From the NCBI GenBank assembly GCA_036785375.1, contig JAWMAR010000143.1, positions 3,596,001 through 3,660,000 on the forward strand: a DNA stretch of 64,000 nucleotides. The letters run 5' to 3'. A program made the position numbers and the translations under genes. The notes under the pieces are model-generated. The model did not search any database. It worked only from the letters and a program-made list of their open reading frames with translations, and had not been told where the DNA came from. Source of the stretch: Leucoraja ocellata. Its lineage: Eukaryota. Below, in pieces: positions 11,620-24,689 of this stretch. Every line of letters starts with the position of its first letter. The stretch's first letter is position 1.

Positions 11620-11935
11620 ATTGGTGGCATGGTGGATAAAACCAATGCTTCACAGTGGCAGAGACCCGGGTTCGATGCTGACCTTGGGTCCTCTTGGTGT
11701 GGAGCTTACCCATTCTCCCTGTGATCAGGTGGGTTTCCCACAGTAGCTCTGGTTCCCTCCCTATTCCAAAAATGTGCAAGTTGGTTGGTTAATTGGTCAC
11801 TATAAATTGTAGGTGAGGGGTAGGATCTGGGGGGAGCTGATGGGAATATATGGAGAATTAAAAATAACACAATATTGGATAGTTGGCATGAACCTGATAG
11901 GCTGAAGTGCCCGTTCCTATGGTGTATCCATGTCT
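11620..11935 (+). mobile_element. tRNA-derived SINE (V-SINE/HE1-like) with CR1-like tail
   Basis: A-box-like ggtggcatggtgg, B box gggttcgatgc, core tgtggagcttacccattctccctgtg...tgggtttccc...gctctggttccctccc, tail ggctgaagtgcccgttcc. Confidence 0.85.
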
Positions 11936-12217
11936 CTCTTTCAGCCCTAAATGCAGTTCAGACCCAAATACGTAGACAGCTCTTAACTGAGTCCTCATTT
12001 AGGGTCAAATAATAATTGATATTAAAGTCTGGCATTGCCAGTAATTCTCATATCTTGTGAATGAAAAAACAAAATAAAAATATCTTGGAAGGTACCTTGA
12101 ATTTTGACCTCATCTTAACGATTTGGAAAATTATGAACAGTACAAAAAAGTGAGAGTTTACTAACTGGTAATATTTTATTCCATGATGCTTCACAACCAG
12201 GCAATCACTTTTGGAGT

Positions 12218-12392
12218 CCAAAAGGTACTGCAGATGTTGATTTACACAAAAAAACACAAAGTGCTGGAGTAACTCAGTGGGTCAGGTGGTATCACTGGAG
12301 GACATGGATAGATGATGTTTTCTTCCAGGTTCCTTGTTTATCCACATCCTCCAGAAATGCTGCCTGACCCACTGAGAGACTCCACCACTTTG
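12218..12392. mobile_element. Older fold-back Penelope-tail element
   Basis: caaagtgctggagtaactcagtgggtcagg...ctggagga and tcctccagaaatgctgcctgacccactgagagactccaccactttg are inverted arms. Confidence 0.8.
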
Positions 12393-12434
12393 AACGGTAG
12401 TTTTTTGGATGATAGTTATGCTTGCAAGTACAGT

Positions 12435-12660
12435 GAACATTTTGTGCATAGCTGGGTCCCGCAAACAGTAAAAATAAATTATTTGAATTGTATTTGATGT
12501 TGAAATGGTGAAAAGAGTATTGGCTAGGATACATTTGTTAAAAAAAACATTTATCTTTTATTAAAACCACGGGATCTTTTCTGTTCACTAGAAAAGATAG
12601 TAAGAGTCTTAGTTTAACTTACGAGAGGTAACGGCTTCACTGGTGCACTGATTCCATAAT
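12435..12660 (-). mobile_element. Ancient Deu-domain SINE remnant
   Basis: ttttgtgcatagctgggtcccgcaaacag...tattggctaggatac...ccacgggatcttttctgttcac...gtttaac matches the reverse complement of the Deu core as recalled. Confidence 0.6.
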
Positions 12661-12734
12661 TAATGCGTCTCTGGTGTGAGGTGACAAATATCTCACGACT
12701 TGGGACCAATCTTCACATGAATGGAAAGACTTAA

Positions 12735-12979
12735 AGGCCTGTCCCACTTGGGCGTCATTTGCGCGTCACGCAGATGGCAAGCGAAGATTTTGTACATCCC
12801 AAAATCCTGGGACGACGCGCGCGACCGCCTGTAATTGCCTACGTCACCACGCACCATGCACGCATAATGCATGCCATGCGCACATCACGTGCATGTCATG
12901 ACGCACGGGTCATGCATCGTGACGCGTAAATGATGCCACATAAATGACGCACAAATGACGCCCAAGTGGGACAGGCCCT
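12735..12979. mobile_element. TTAA-targeting MITE (Kolobok/T2-like)
   Basis: TIRs aggcctgtcccacttgggcgtcatttgcgcgtca / tgacgcacaaatgacgcccaagtgggacaggccct; flanks TTAA (12731-34) and TTAC (12980-83); CpG-rich interior. Confidence 0.85.
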
Positions 12980-15900
12980 TTACCACATCTTGCTGATCAT
13001 TGTCCATTATATTGATTTCAATACTTCGATGGATAATTTTTGAATTTATGTTTTTATCCTCTTACATTGTATGATGAATTACAAAAACTATTGCAGTTTC
13101 CAAATATAAGGGTGTTTTTTTTTAAATGTTGCCCAATAATATTGAAATCACAATAGAACATTTAAGGTATGGAATTCTGTCCTTCAAACCGAAGGCACTT
13201 AAAACATTAAACTGTCTGTACAAATTGGATTTGAGATTACCATACACTTGGCAGTTTCAATTACTTTTATTTAAAGTCTGCAGAACAAAAGGCTCCCAGC
13301 AAACACATTGCAGTCTTCTCAGAAAGATTGACATGAGTTGCTTGAGAATAAAGATTTGCAGGATGTTAATGGCCAAGGTACCTGCAAGACTGGTTCACAG
13401 ATTTTTTTTAAAATATATTTGCAAAGGCTTCTTATATAAACTGAGGGAAAAGAAAATGTAAACATTAATTATTCACTCCACTTTGATAATAGCCTTGGGT
13501 TATTGCCTGTAATTTTTGTTTTGTTTTTTAATGAAGGAAAGACATAATTATCTTTAATTTGTTGTTTCTTTTCATTGGAAGTTGCCGCTCGTGTTTTAGT
13601 TGGAATAACTTTGACAATAAAGGCACAATTACTGTCCAACCTCTCCACTCACTGATTTGTACATATATGTTTGGACACATGCCAGCATTCTCTTAATGTC
13701 ATTGCCAACAAAGTTTTTGGAAAACTGGTCTTATTCTTGTGCAGTGCAATGAAGAATTATTCTGTTAATATTTTAGATTTTAACTGGTCTTACCTATTTT
13801 GAGTTGGTCAATAACCAATGAATTACGTTTATGCTTAAGCGTCAGTGAACGGATGCACGCCAATAAATGGTGTAGTTGAGAAAGGAACGAGATGAGGCAT
13901 TTAAACTAACAATAGGCTTTAAATGTTTTACTAAAGCCATTTCTCTTAACATTGTAACAGAGTAGAAATATTTCCATCAAATGAAACTGCTTAGTAATAA
14001 GATGAGGAGATCTTCTTATGGGCAGCCGGTTACAATGTTTAGCATAATTTGAATGCAAATATCATTACTATGTTATTGTTTATAAATTGAAAGTAAAATG
14101 CTCTGAAAATCTCAGAAAAATGCTTTGTAAATGTGGCCAGGGGATACTTTGTAAATCGTGATTAATCCATACTGCTACAAACAATTACAACTGTATTGGA
14201 TACTTTAATGGCAGATGGGAATTACTTAATTTTTAAAGTCATACAGTTGAGTTTTAAATAAAAGATGTACTGGCTTTGACGTAGCACATACCAAGTCTGT
14301 GTGAACTTTGCATTTTGCTTTTCATTTTCAATGCCATTACTTTAAGAATATTGCAAATAATCTTATGTCCGTTAATTGATTTGTTTTAGATACCCTATTT
14401 TCTTAGATCTTTTTCCTTGCAGTCAAAATGACAAAGGTACTCCAAGATGAGATGTCATGGCTTTCTCTCTTAGTTTAGCAGCAACTCCACCTCTCCTGTG
14501 CCCACTCCAAACCTTTCCCCTTCCCTAAGTCAAGTTGCCATGGTTCAGAGGTGTAGGATGAACAATTTTTAACTGTCTAATTTACACTCAATGAACTGAT
14601 ACATTAAGAAAATAGATCCCCCAAAATGGAGCCCGTGTTTTTTACACATGAGAAAGATATTGTAGAACTATTTATAATGGCCTTGTATAAAATATCAGCA
14701 CTTTCATATAGCATACATAAATCATTCCAAGGGGCAGTTAAGTACCGTAAATCCATTAGATCTAATTATGTACCCATGACCTATAATTAATTATGCTTTC
14801 CAGACACAATCTCATTAATATTATGACGTCATGTCTTGAAGGCATTCTTAACTGTTAGATCAAAACACTTCAGGCAGTGAAATTTAGAGAAAAGGTACAG
14901 GTGAAACATTTCATCAAATTATAATTCAATTTTGTAAAGCTCGCATGAAAGAATCCCATTTAGACTGTAAACAATGGACTGGATAGAGGATTCGCAGGCT
15001 AGGATGCTTTGAAGTCAGGTTGACTTCGTAGTGCAGGAGATCATGACTGTTATTCCTCTTTGTACAAGAATATATCAGTATTCATGCCCCAGACACAAAG
15101 AAGGTTTATGGATGTACATTTGAAATTTAAAAAGCAATCTTTTATATTGTATATAAATCTGCACACAACGAGGAGTTCGCTTTGGGAGTAGTTGATGAGG
15201 AAACGAACAACTAATCGGATGATGGCTGATCCCTGTGAACCTTCCTGTTCTACTGCTCATGATATGACTTTTTCAAAACTGCTTTGTGCTCTTCAGCGTC
15301 ACAGAAAGAGCCCCAGTAAAAGAAATCGGAGCCAGTAATGTTAAATAGTAGCACACCATCGTATTGGGCAAACATAGTATTGCTTATCGCGTGTTCACAT
15401 GTTGTGCACAGCATGGATTAATAAAATATAACATCAACTCATTTCAACCACTGGGCTTTGAATATTTTACTAAAATCAATTATATTTACAGTATAATAAC
15501 TTACTAATATCACCACCAAAACAAAACTGCTCAGTAATGAGATCTGGAAATAGCCTGACAGTCAGCTAGTTAAAATGTTTGTATATTTCTGAAATTGTAG
15601 GTTCTGCTGTACTTTGTAAATGAAAGTCGGAAGAAAACTTAGATTATTTGTTTTTTGCAATATTGTGGAGACTCGCTTTGGCAAGGTCTCCAGCAAAATC
15701 ACAACCTGGGAAAATAATTACTCTTAAACTGTTTCAATAAAGACTAATTCTGAGATGCAAAGCTTTCATTTTGTGATTTGGGCGCTAGTTGACTTAGAAT
15801 TTGGATTAGTTAACTATATGTTATAGATTCTTTCCCTCTATTTTAAAGAGGTTTTCTTAAACCAGTGCTAGATTTTAAATAATCTGAACTTTATGAGATT

Positions 15901-18900
15901 TATTTAGCTTTAATTGTTGGAATTCTATTGCCTACTGGTATGGACTGGTTGGTGGACTTTTAGCAAAGTTAAAAGTAACGGTCTGTATTTTATTGATTGT
16001 TAGAACCATGAAGGTAGAGTGACCAGCACTAAATTCAAATATTTAAGGAAAGTGTTGGATTTAATATTTTAAATATATCTAAGATAAGCTAATTTTGAAT
16101 TTTGCAAATTAGTAGATTTTTTGGTATCCAAAAAAAGGAGAGAACTATTCATAGCAATTCAGTCCCTTCTCTTTGTGAGGGATTTTGTGACCACTATTAT
16201 TCTAAATACTGCTGATTATGTTCCAGTAAATGTTAAAATATTTTGGAATAGTATTTTAATCTATATTGGATTACATAAATGTATCGCTTAAATGGTGACT
16301 GCAAGGACTCCGAAACGAAGGTAGGTATTTTTATTGATGTTTACAGAGGCCTTAATGGAAACTGTCACAAATTTTGTGGCATTGTTCTATACTAATGCTT
16401 TTGACATTTTAGTATCGAATCTTACAAATGTTCAACATGGAGGCAGATTCTAAATGTAGCAATTCGAATTACCAAGCCCTCTGGCACATTTGAGGATTCC
16501 CTAACCTACGATTTTTAACTAAAATAAAAAAAGAATTCCTTTAGAGTTTTTGATGCACTCAGTATGGCTGAGTTTCTGATACAAAATAAACTGCAACTAA
16601 AATGTTTCCAAAAAAGGGACATACTACCATGACATGAGGAAGTGGTGTGAGATTCAAATTTTTATACAGTGGAAAATGAATGCCATTCTTTTTCAAAAAA
16701 TCAGTCGTCGGAAAATTAATAACGCATTCTCTGTAGAAATGCAATAGATTCTCATGTCAACTTTGGAAATCAAAAATAATATTTTGAATTTCTGCCCCAA
16801 CTCTATTTTGTCTTTGATTTGACATTTACAAGAGAAATCATGCCAGTTTCGCTACGTCTTTTCACCAGGATGGTAGCATCGGACTATACTATTTTCAGTC
16901 TAGTTTTTTGATCTGCGCTGGCAGCAGGTGTAAATTACTGAATAAAACTCACAAAATTACGGTCATTATGTTGGAATCCAATGAAGTACGCTGAAATCAG
17001 TCGAAATACGGCTAAAGAGATTTTTGTGAAAAGTTGGCGTTATTCAGCAGTGATAATAAAAACAGTGAGCCTTGTTCCCCTGTCTTTGTTTGCCAAAATG
17101 CATAGCGCAGTCCTAGGCATATCATTAAATTTGCATTTTAATTTAATGAATACTGACGAAGGACGGAGAGCGATTATATGTTTTACTTTTTTGTTAAGCA
17201 AATGCACAATTAACTTATAAAGAGGTTAGATTTCCTACATTGTGGATAGTAAATTTGGCTTCTATTAAGTATTCATATAGACTTTTAGACATACTTCATT
17301 AGTACTCAACTTTGTAGAGGACAAAAAAAATCTGTTTACTGTCAAAGTTATTGTCTATGTAAAGTTAATGTTGAATTTTTAAGATAGATTTAATAACAAA
17401 TATTTTTTAAATAATGTTTTATTAACAGCTAGCTGCACATCTTCAAATCCCTTGTACACTTTTATTTTAGTGTTTATTTAACAAATAAAAATCTTCAACT
17501 ATTGAGAAACTATTGTGGGAAAATGCATATTCAGCATTTTTTTCTTATTTCTTGTTGCGTTTTATTATATCTCAGTCACAAATGCAGCACAAAATTAATT
17601 GTGAAAAAAAAGAAATATCAAGATAGTACACTTGTGTTTAGTTCTTGAACAGCAACTTTATGGTAAAAGTATGCGTAGATTGGTAGGTTGGGTATGTGGT
17701 GAGTGGACAGAGCACAAAGGAATATCACCTAGATCACCACTATTTATTGAGATAGAATAAAAACATTTGAACCAAAAATAATTTGTCCTGTAAATATGGA
17801 AGAAATAGAAAGTATTCCTTGCAGCATGCAAAATGAATTTAAAATCACTTTGGGAGATTCATCAGTGTGAAATTGAATAAATGGAGGAAACATTTTGCAA
17901 ATAGGAAGATTAAATGAAAATCATGATGGAAACAATAAAATTGCATCATTACCAAGGTGTTTTGAAATAATTTGCTCCTTGTCTCTTTCCTCACCCATCT
18001 AACTTACAGTTTCATATCTAAATAATTCTAAAGTCCTGATACTGTTCAGTTTAAAGCATTGCAACTGTATTTATTTAACCCTTTACATTTGCTGTGTGTC
18101 CACGGAGGAAAGAGTTCGTCTTGCTTTTTCTCGACAAAGCCATTCATATTTATTTAGGAGAGGAATTAACTATTTTAAATATTTCTGTAATGGTATAGTA
18201 AGGTTAATTTAGGATTTGAATTCTGATGTAGTAAAGAAATTATAAAATAACATTTTATTGTTCTTCAGCCGCGTGCATTTACACACATTTATTTAAGCAT
18301 GCTCATTTTCATACAATATTGTGTCCTGGAATCACTAGGCTAAACTCCTTTGTTGGTTTTCAAAAAATTCAGGTAAATTGTACTTTATTTCTTTATTAAA
18401 TGTAATATTTTTGGCTAAAAAAATGGTTGTTTTTCTTACCGATTTTCAAAAAGTGGCCTCAGAGGGATGTGGGTTTAGTCAACAGAATCTTTTATGTTAC
18501 TTGTGTGTCACAACATTGGACATAATCCATTTGATTTGAAGTGGAGGTATTATAGACTGACCAAACCTTTGAGTTTATGGGTCATTTCCACAGAATTCAC
18601 CATTATTTGCTAATTACAGGCTTACACATTATTTGTTTCTCAAGCTTTTCCATAGTACCCATAATTGCTGAAATCAAAAAGAACTCGTATTTGTCATGAG
18701 GGGAAATTGATATTCCAATTTTCACCGCAATTTGTGATCATTCAAATATATGCCTGAGGTAGTTGTGACTACAAAATAATGTTATTAATTTGTTTCATTT
18801 AAGCAATTTGTTTTTTTTCCATTGAAAGCATTGTTCACTTTCTGAGAAAACTAATCTGATGTTTTCCCCCTAACTAATCAGTAGGTATCTGCTGTTCAAA

Positions 18901-21900
18901 CCATGCTCAGATTTATCGAAGATTCGGATTACTTTCTGGAAATTTTAAAAAGATGGGCTGAGGAAATGTATCTCAAATTACAAATATGTAAAAACACTTT
19001 TATTTAAAAGTTAAACTGGGTACTTTTTAAGAGGGCATTAATAGTTTCTTCAATGAAAACCTTTACATCATAGACAGTCATACACATCAAGTATTATATT
19101 TGCTAATTTCAATATTGAGTAGTTAACAATGACTGATTTTGTTAAGAAAACATTAAAATTGACAATGGTCAATCGTAAAAAATATATTTTCCATCAAAGT
19201 GGCCTTTACTTTTGTGGCCTGATATTAGTTTCAGAACAAAAGAACAAATCGAATAATTCTGCAGCACATTTAATAAAACACAGGTGTTTGATGGGGCTCC
19301 AAAAGACAATTTAAACTGAATTTAAGTATTAATTTTATGAGTAAATGTGACTTACATTTGGATTCTTTTTTACTCCAAGCCATGTACTGGAAAAAGCTGG
19401 TTTGTGGGCCACAATTTCCATTAATGCAGATGTATGATGTTAACTGTTTTTTTGCATAATACCTGCAACCGACTGCATTTAATTTATTTTTTGCACTTTT
19501 AGTTATTTTATTTGATGTTAGAATATTTATTAATAACAGGCACTAGGTAAAGTAATTTGTTTTCTTTATCCCATGGTGTTACATAGATTACAGGAACATT
19601 ACTTTTCACAGTCACTAATCTTAAATAGGCTCAGTTTTATTTGTATATTACTATATTAATCTCCTTATCTGAATATATTTTTGTTTATTGACAATGATTC
19701 CTTGTTTGTTGACTTGCAGCTAAGATAGCTTGGTGTAATTGCTTTCTTGTATTTATTTTAAAAGCAGTAGCGAATAAATCTGAATAGTTTCTTTATTTGA
19801 ATTGATGTGTGCTGTTTAATTGTTCACTCGTTGCATCAAGCTGCGTGTGAATGCATTGAACCACATTGTTAGCTCTTTATATGCAAAAGTAAAAACTTGG
19901 ATAATGCTGCGGGCATTTATGGTGTTTTTAGGTTTTCAATCCATAGAACACAGGGTATTATTATTTCATGGAAAAATATTGAGGGATTTTTTTTCATGAA
20001 ATTCTCAATTAAATAAAAGTCAACTAGTACAGCGTCACCTCGTTTCTCTTTGGTAATTTGTTTGCATTGCATTATCTCCCTATTTTGTTTGCTCCTGCTT
20101 TCTTTTCAATATGTTCTGGGTTCAGTTACTTTTCAGTTTGATTGCAAGTTAAGTTCTTTAAAAGATACTCTCTAGCACGGGCCGCACTATTGCATATTTA
20201 TTCCATACAGATTCCCTGTACTGTATTATGTGGCTTTTGTAGAAGAAAGAGCAGATCTCAGACATAATCCAGCTGTGCGAGTGTAACCCTGGAATGAACG
20301 TGCTATGCAACGCAGTAGATTATTTTTTAAATGTGAGACACATACATTGCATTTCATCAAATTAAGATTTTTATCAGGGATGCTGTTATAAATCATCCAT
20401 CATTAGTGTGTTTCGAGTTCAAGACATAACACACATTTTGTAATAAGATTTGTTGCTATTGTGTGTCAGCCTCGTATATGAAATGTCTGGAATATGTTGT
20501 AATTCAGATAAATAGCAAATGCGTTTTGAATGTAGTTAAATAGAAATAAATGTATATGTTACAGTTTTGACTACAGTCGTTCTTCTATTGCACATTTATA
20601 ACTGAGGAGAAAGTAAAAAAAAGTTTCAAAGACTTAACTGAGCCATGTCAGAAATCTTGCATGAACAATTGATGTGTACAGTGCATATAGACCTCTCGGG
20701 CAAAGATTTTCCTTTGCCTTTCAGTCTGCAGTGGCCAATGTAAAACATTGCAACAATTTTCTGGATTGGGAGAAGAAGTGGTAAAACCTTTTAATTCAGG
20801 AACATTTTAATTTCCCCAAATTGCAATTGTTCAATGACTCTTTCTTGAATATCTAAAATTTAATTCCGAGGTTGCAAAATATCAGGAAGAAGTTAGTGTG
20901 TTACCCAGAACTCTTCATATTCTCTGATAAAGTTAACATTCCAGGCTGTTTCTCACTGTTGTTAATTTCCTGTAATCCTTTCCCCCCCCACAATAAGATT
21001 AGAATTAAACCCTGACAGCAAATAGCCATTCTTCCAGTTCTCATTCATTTAGTTTACAACAGAATTCATGTTGACTTTGACTCATAATATTCAGCTTTGT
21101 TTATCACGGAAAGAAAGTATGCTGGACAAATACATTTGATCCTTGATGTGAAAAACCTTTAGAATGCGATAGCCAGCAAAATATTCAGAGATTTCTGAGT
21201 GTTATATAAACTGTCAAAGCATGCCTCGGCTGTGAGTTGTCAGACCTGTTAGCTATGTAACAAAATACAACTTAAAATGAGTGGGAATAAAGGAAAACGC
21301 AATTGTAAAATGAAATTTACAATCCCTGTTACGTTTCCGTTAATAATCCAAGATTATGTAGCAAATTTGATTTATTATTATTATTAAATCTGTGCAGCAT
21401 CCATAGTGGCATGCGACCATGTTGCTCCGAGGTAGTTTCATTATTTTTTTGCGAGTGTTTTAGCTGCATCCATTATAATAGGTTTGACTGAACTTTTGGT
21501 TGGACTAAAGGCTCCAATCAAATAAATTACTGGGCCTCCATTTCAGCTTTCCTGCTCCAATTTAAGCACTTATTTTCCCAGTAAAGCAGGCTTCAAAAGC
21601 CATGTTTCAAAGTTGCAGTTAAGCTCAAAGTCATAGTCACACGCACACCCATACCCACCCCACCCCCTCCCCACCAGCCACCCCCACATCACATCTGATA
21701 CTTAATCCATCATCTTTGTTTTCCCCAAACATCGTGCAAGCTGTTCTTGATGATGTTGGCATGGGTTTGAAACTGATGGTCCATCTGGATAGCGTGAATG
21801 TGGGCCAGGAAGAAAGAGAGATGAAGAGGGTGTGCGTGGAAGGACAGATAACACTCAGCTGTCGGAAGACCCTGCGGTACTGTCACAGTCTGGCTGCCAA

Positions 21901-24382
21901 TGTGATATTTGATGTTACAAACTTCTGCTTCATTAAAAATCGGAGACTTATTTGGTGTTTTAAAATTTAAAATAAGCATTGTTCGCCATGTTTTGGGAAA
22001 AGCAGCTTTATTTCCTTTATTGACACACCAATGTTTTCGGCGAATAAAGAGCATGAACTGCACGGTAGTGTGCATATTCAAATTTTAAACAGAACATTGT
22101 GTGTTGATATTCACAATCAAGCCTGATTTATAGTTTTGAATATGAAATGAAAACCATGCCCGCAAAACTGAAAAATTAACCTCAAGGAGAATCACATTTC
22201 CAGATAAATACACAGTTCTGCCATCAACATGGGCAGCGGCTTATGGGACTCGCATTTCAGAGAAACCCTTTGAAAAAGTACATTTTTGTTGTTTCTATTT
22301 ATATAATTTCGCAGTTGAATCTCATACAATGTCTGACATTTTAAAAGCACCGAGGCTTTTATTTGTTAGGTTGTAAAAGTGTTTGACAACTGTGCTAAAA
22401 TAGGCTAAATGTTTCCATTTTGTTTAGCAGTAAAACAATAATTCCCAGTGAAGAGAGCATTGCAGAATAATTCCATTGAATTTAATAAAAAGCAAAATCT
22501 TTTGACTGAAATATATTATAAATTACTTTGATTGATCATGGTATTGGATTAACTGTTCCTGTTTTGCCCGTTTTTTTGCAAATGCGCAGCCAGTCTATGC
22601 TTGTAAACGTAAGCCTAAATTTCTGCAAGGCCTATTTGAAATGGAAGTGAACGGGTCCAGTTTTGCACGTACTTGTTATTCATAAACAAGCTGTGCCGAA
22701 TAGTATGTTTATATTTCATTATCGAGACTGATGAATTGTTTCTTAACCCTTTTCATCCTGTCTTGGCCAGCAACTACGCCAAAGCTCTCATCCCTTTCAG
22801 TGGATCTGGGAACCTAGCCAACCGCTGTTTGTCTTCAAAGAACCCATTGATACTTACTAATGCGTCTTCCAAGACATGTTAGCAGATTTATAAATGGAGG
22901 TGTGTGCATTGACATCATGGTGCCTGCTCCTTGAGATTTTTGAAAATTAATTAAAAATTTTGGATGGGAGATCTCATTGCAAAGCCTAGTGCTGTTGCTG
23001 ATCTTGTAATGTAGCATGAACTAACCCTGTTGACCTGCAACACAACAGGAGCTGTCCCTTCAGCTTAGATTGCACTGAAGTTTACCCCTTGAAATGGATT
23101 ACAATTGAAAATTATCAATCCTTTAAGGATAGCAGGATCTACTGATCTAATAGAAAATAAAAAAAATACTATAGTGATTGAGTACTATTTTAAAATTTGT
23201 TGTGTATTGGGACTGGAACAATTTGTGATTTCCTTTTTGCTCAGCTCTGCCCCTCTATGGTGCCTCACCTATATGTTTTAACTTTGTGTCCAGTTAACAT
23301 GTTAGTAATCATTGTGTCTTGAATGAACTAATCTGTTTTTTAAACTCTGTTCATTCTGGGGTACATTACTCCCGAGGAAGTATATTATAAATGGCTTAGG
23401 TCTCATTTCATGTAAAAATTCTTGTACAAATCATAGTGGATGATTTTCATTTTTACACATTGCAACAAACACTACAGCTAAACAAATATTTAACTGTCTG
23501 TAAAACTGAGAAGTCCCGAGATTATAAATGATACTGTAAAATGCGGATCTTTCCTTTCTTCTTATCAATCTGGCATACATTAAACTCCAAATCTTTGAGG
23601 TAGAAGGTGTATTTTTATATGACTACATTTCCCCAATCTTGTTATTTACAATGTTTTCAATTGGCCATAGTTTGTGTTTGTTTATTTTACTTACTTTGAG
23701 GTCATTCAAGGAATAAGTGCAAATACCATTAGGTTGGCAGGATAATGTACTTTATAAAACACTATTGTTTGCTCAAAAAACTGATGAAATAGAGAAAAAG
23801 AAATGATAAATCAGAAAATAATTCCCTGCAATCCTTTTTGAATGCAAGGCCCGATCCTCATTATAATTGAGCAACAATCTTTCACAAAAGTCCTGTCCAT
23901 GCTGATTTTGAAGAAAAGTTAGAATGCTGTTCTTGCTCTTTCTTTTGCTAAAATCGGTAAAGGCAGAAATTTCTGCCCCAAGGGGAATAAACGTGGTGCT
24001 GTTTAGAATATTAGGGCTCAAAAGATTACTTGGGCTGCTTAACTATGGCTTTTTGTTATTTTTAAAATCAATTCCATCATGTGTGATGGAGAACATATTC
24101 ACACTTTGCAATGTTTGTTCCTGGTTTATAAATTAGCCCAAATGCATGTAATAAGTGAAGTGATTGCCCATTTTTGTTTCTGCATTTTTTAAAAAATCTA
24201 TTTTTTATTTATTTTTTATTTAATCTCAGTTCATGTTAAATTGTGCATTGATTCTCTGTCTACCGACCATTTGCCCCATTTCTCCAGAAGGACAACGGAT
24301 CTTGCACTGACATCAATAAAACTGGCAAAGTTCAGTTTTACAGGCCACTATGTTTTTCCTAAACACAAAGACGGATTCTTCT

Positions 24383-24618
24383 AAGGTAGACACAAAATGC
24401 TGGAGTAACTCAGCGGGACAGACAGCATCTCTGGAGGGAAGGAATGGGTGATGTTTTGGGTCGAGACCCTTCTTCAGACTGCAGAAATCTGAAAAGGGTC
24501 TCGTCCCGAAAAATCACCCATTCCTTCTCTCCAGAGATGCTGCCTGTCCTGCTGAGTTACCCCAGCATTTTTGTGTCTACCTTCAATTTAAACCAGCATC
24601 TGCAGTTCTTTCCTAAAC
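24383..24618. mobile_element. Fold-back Penelope-tail short retroelement with TSD
   Basis: About 95-bp inverted arms (24383-24480 and 24488-24583); TSD acggattcttct (24371-82) / atggattcttct (24619-30); both arms hold mutated hammerhead cores. Confidence 0.92.
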
Positions 24619-24689
24619 ATGGATTCTTCTCATAAGTACTTTCTAATGTCTTGCCCAGGCGAAACTAGAATGAGTGTTGGCATATCATC

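Noticed and set aside
11620-11700. tRNA gene
   Set aside because: A and B boxes belong to a SINE head; no cloverleaf, and it continues into SINE core and tail.
15184-15233. Box C/D-like arrangement GGGA..TGATGA...CTGA-TCCC
   Set aside because: Only 50 nt, shorter than typical vertebrate C/D snoRNAs, with no identifiable rRNA guide; an Rfam or snoscan search would settle it.
24383-24618. Interpreting the palindromic short elements as DNA-transposon MITEs
   Set aside because: TSDs are long and variable (12-14 bp), arms are asymmetric, and the sequence matches the tail of a GIY-YIG Penelope element.
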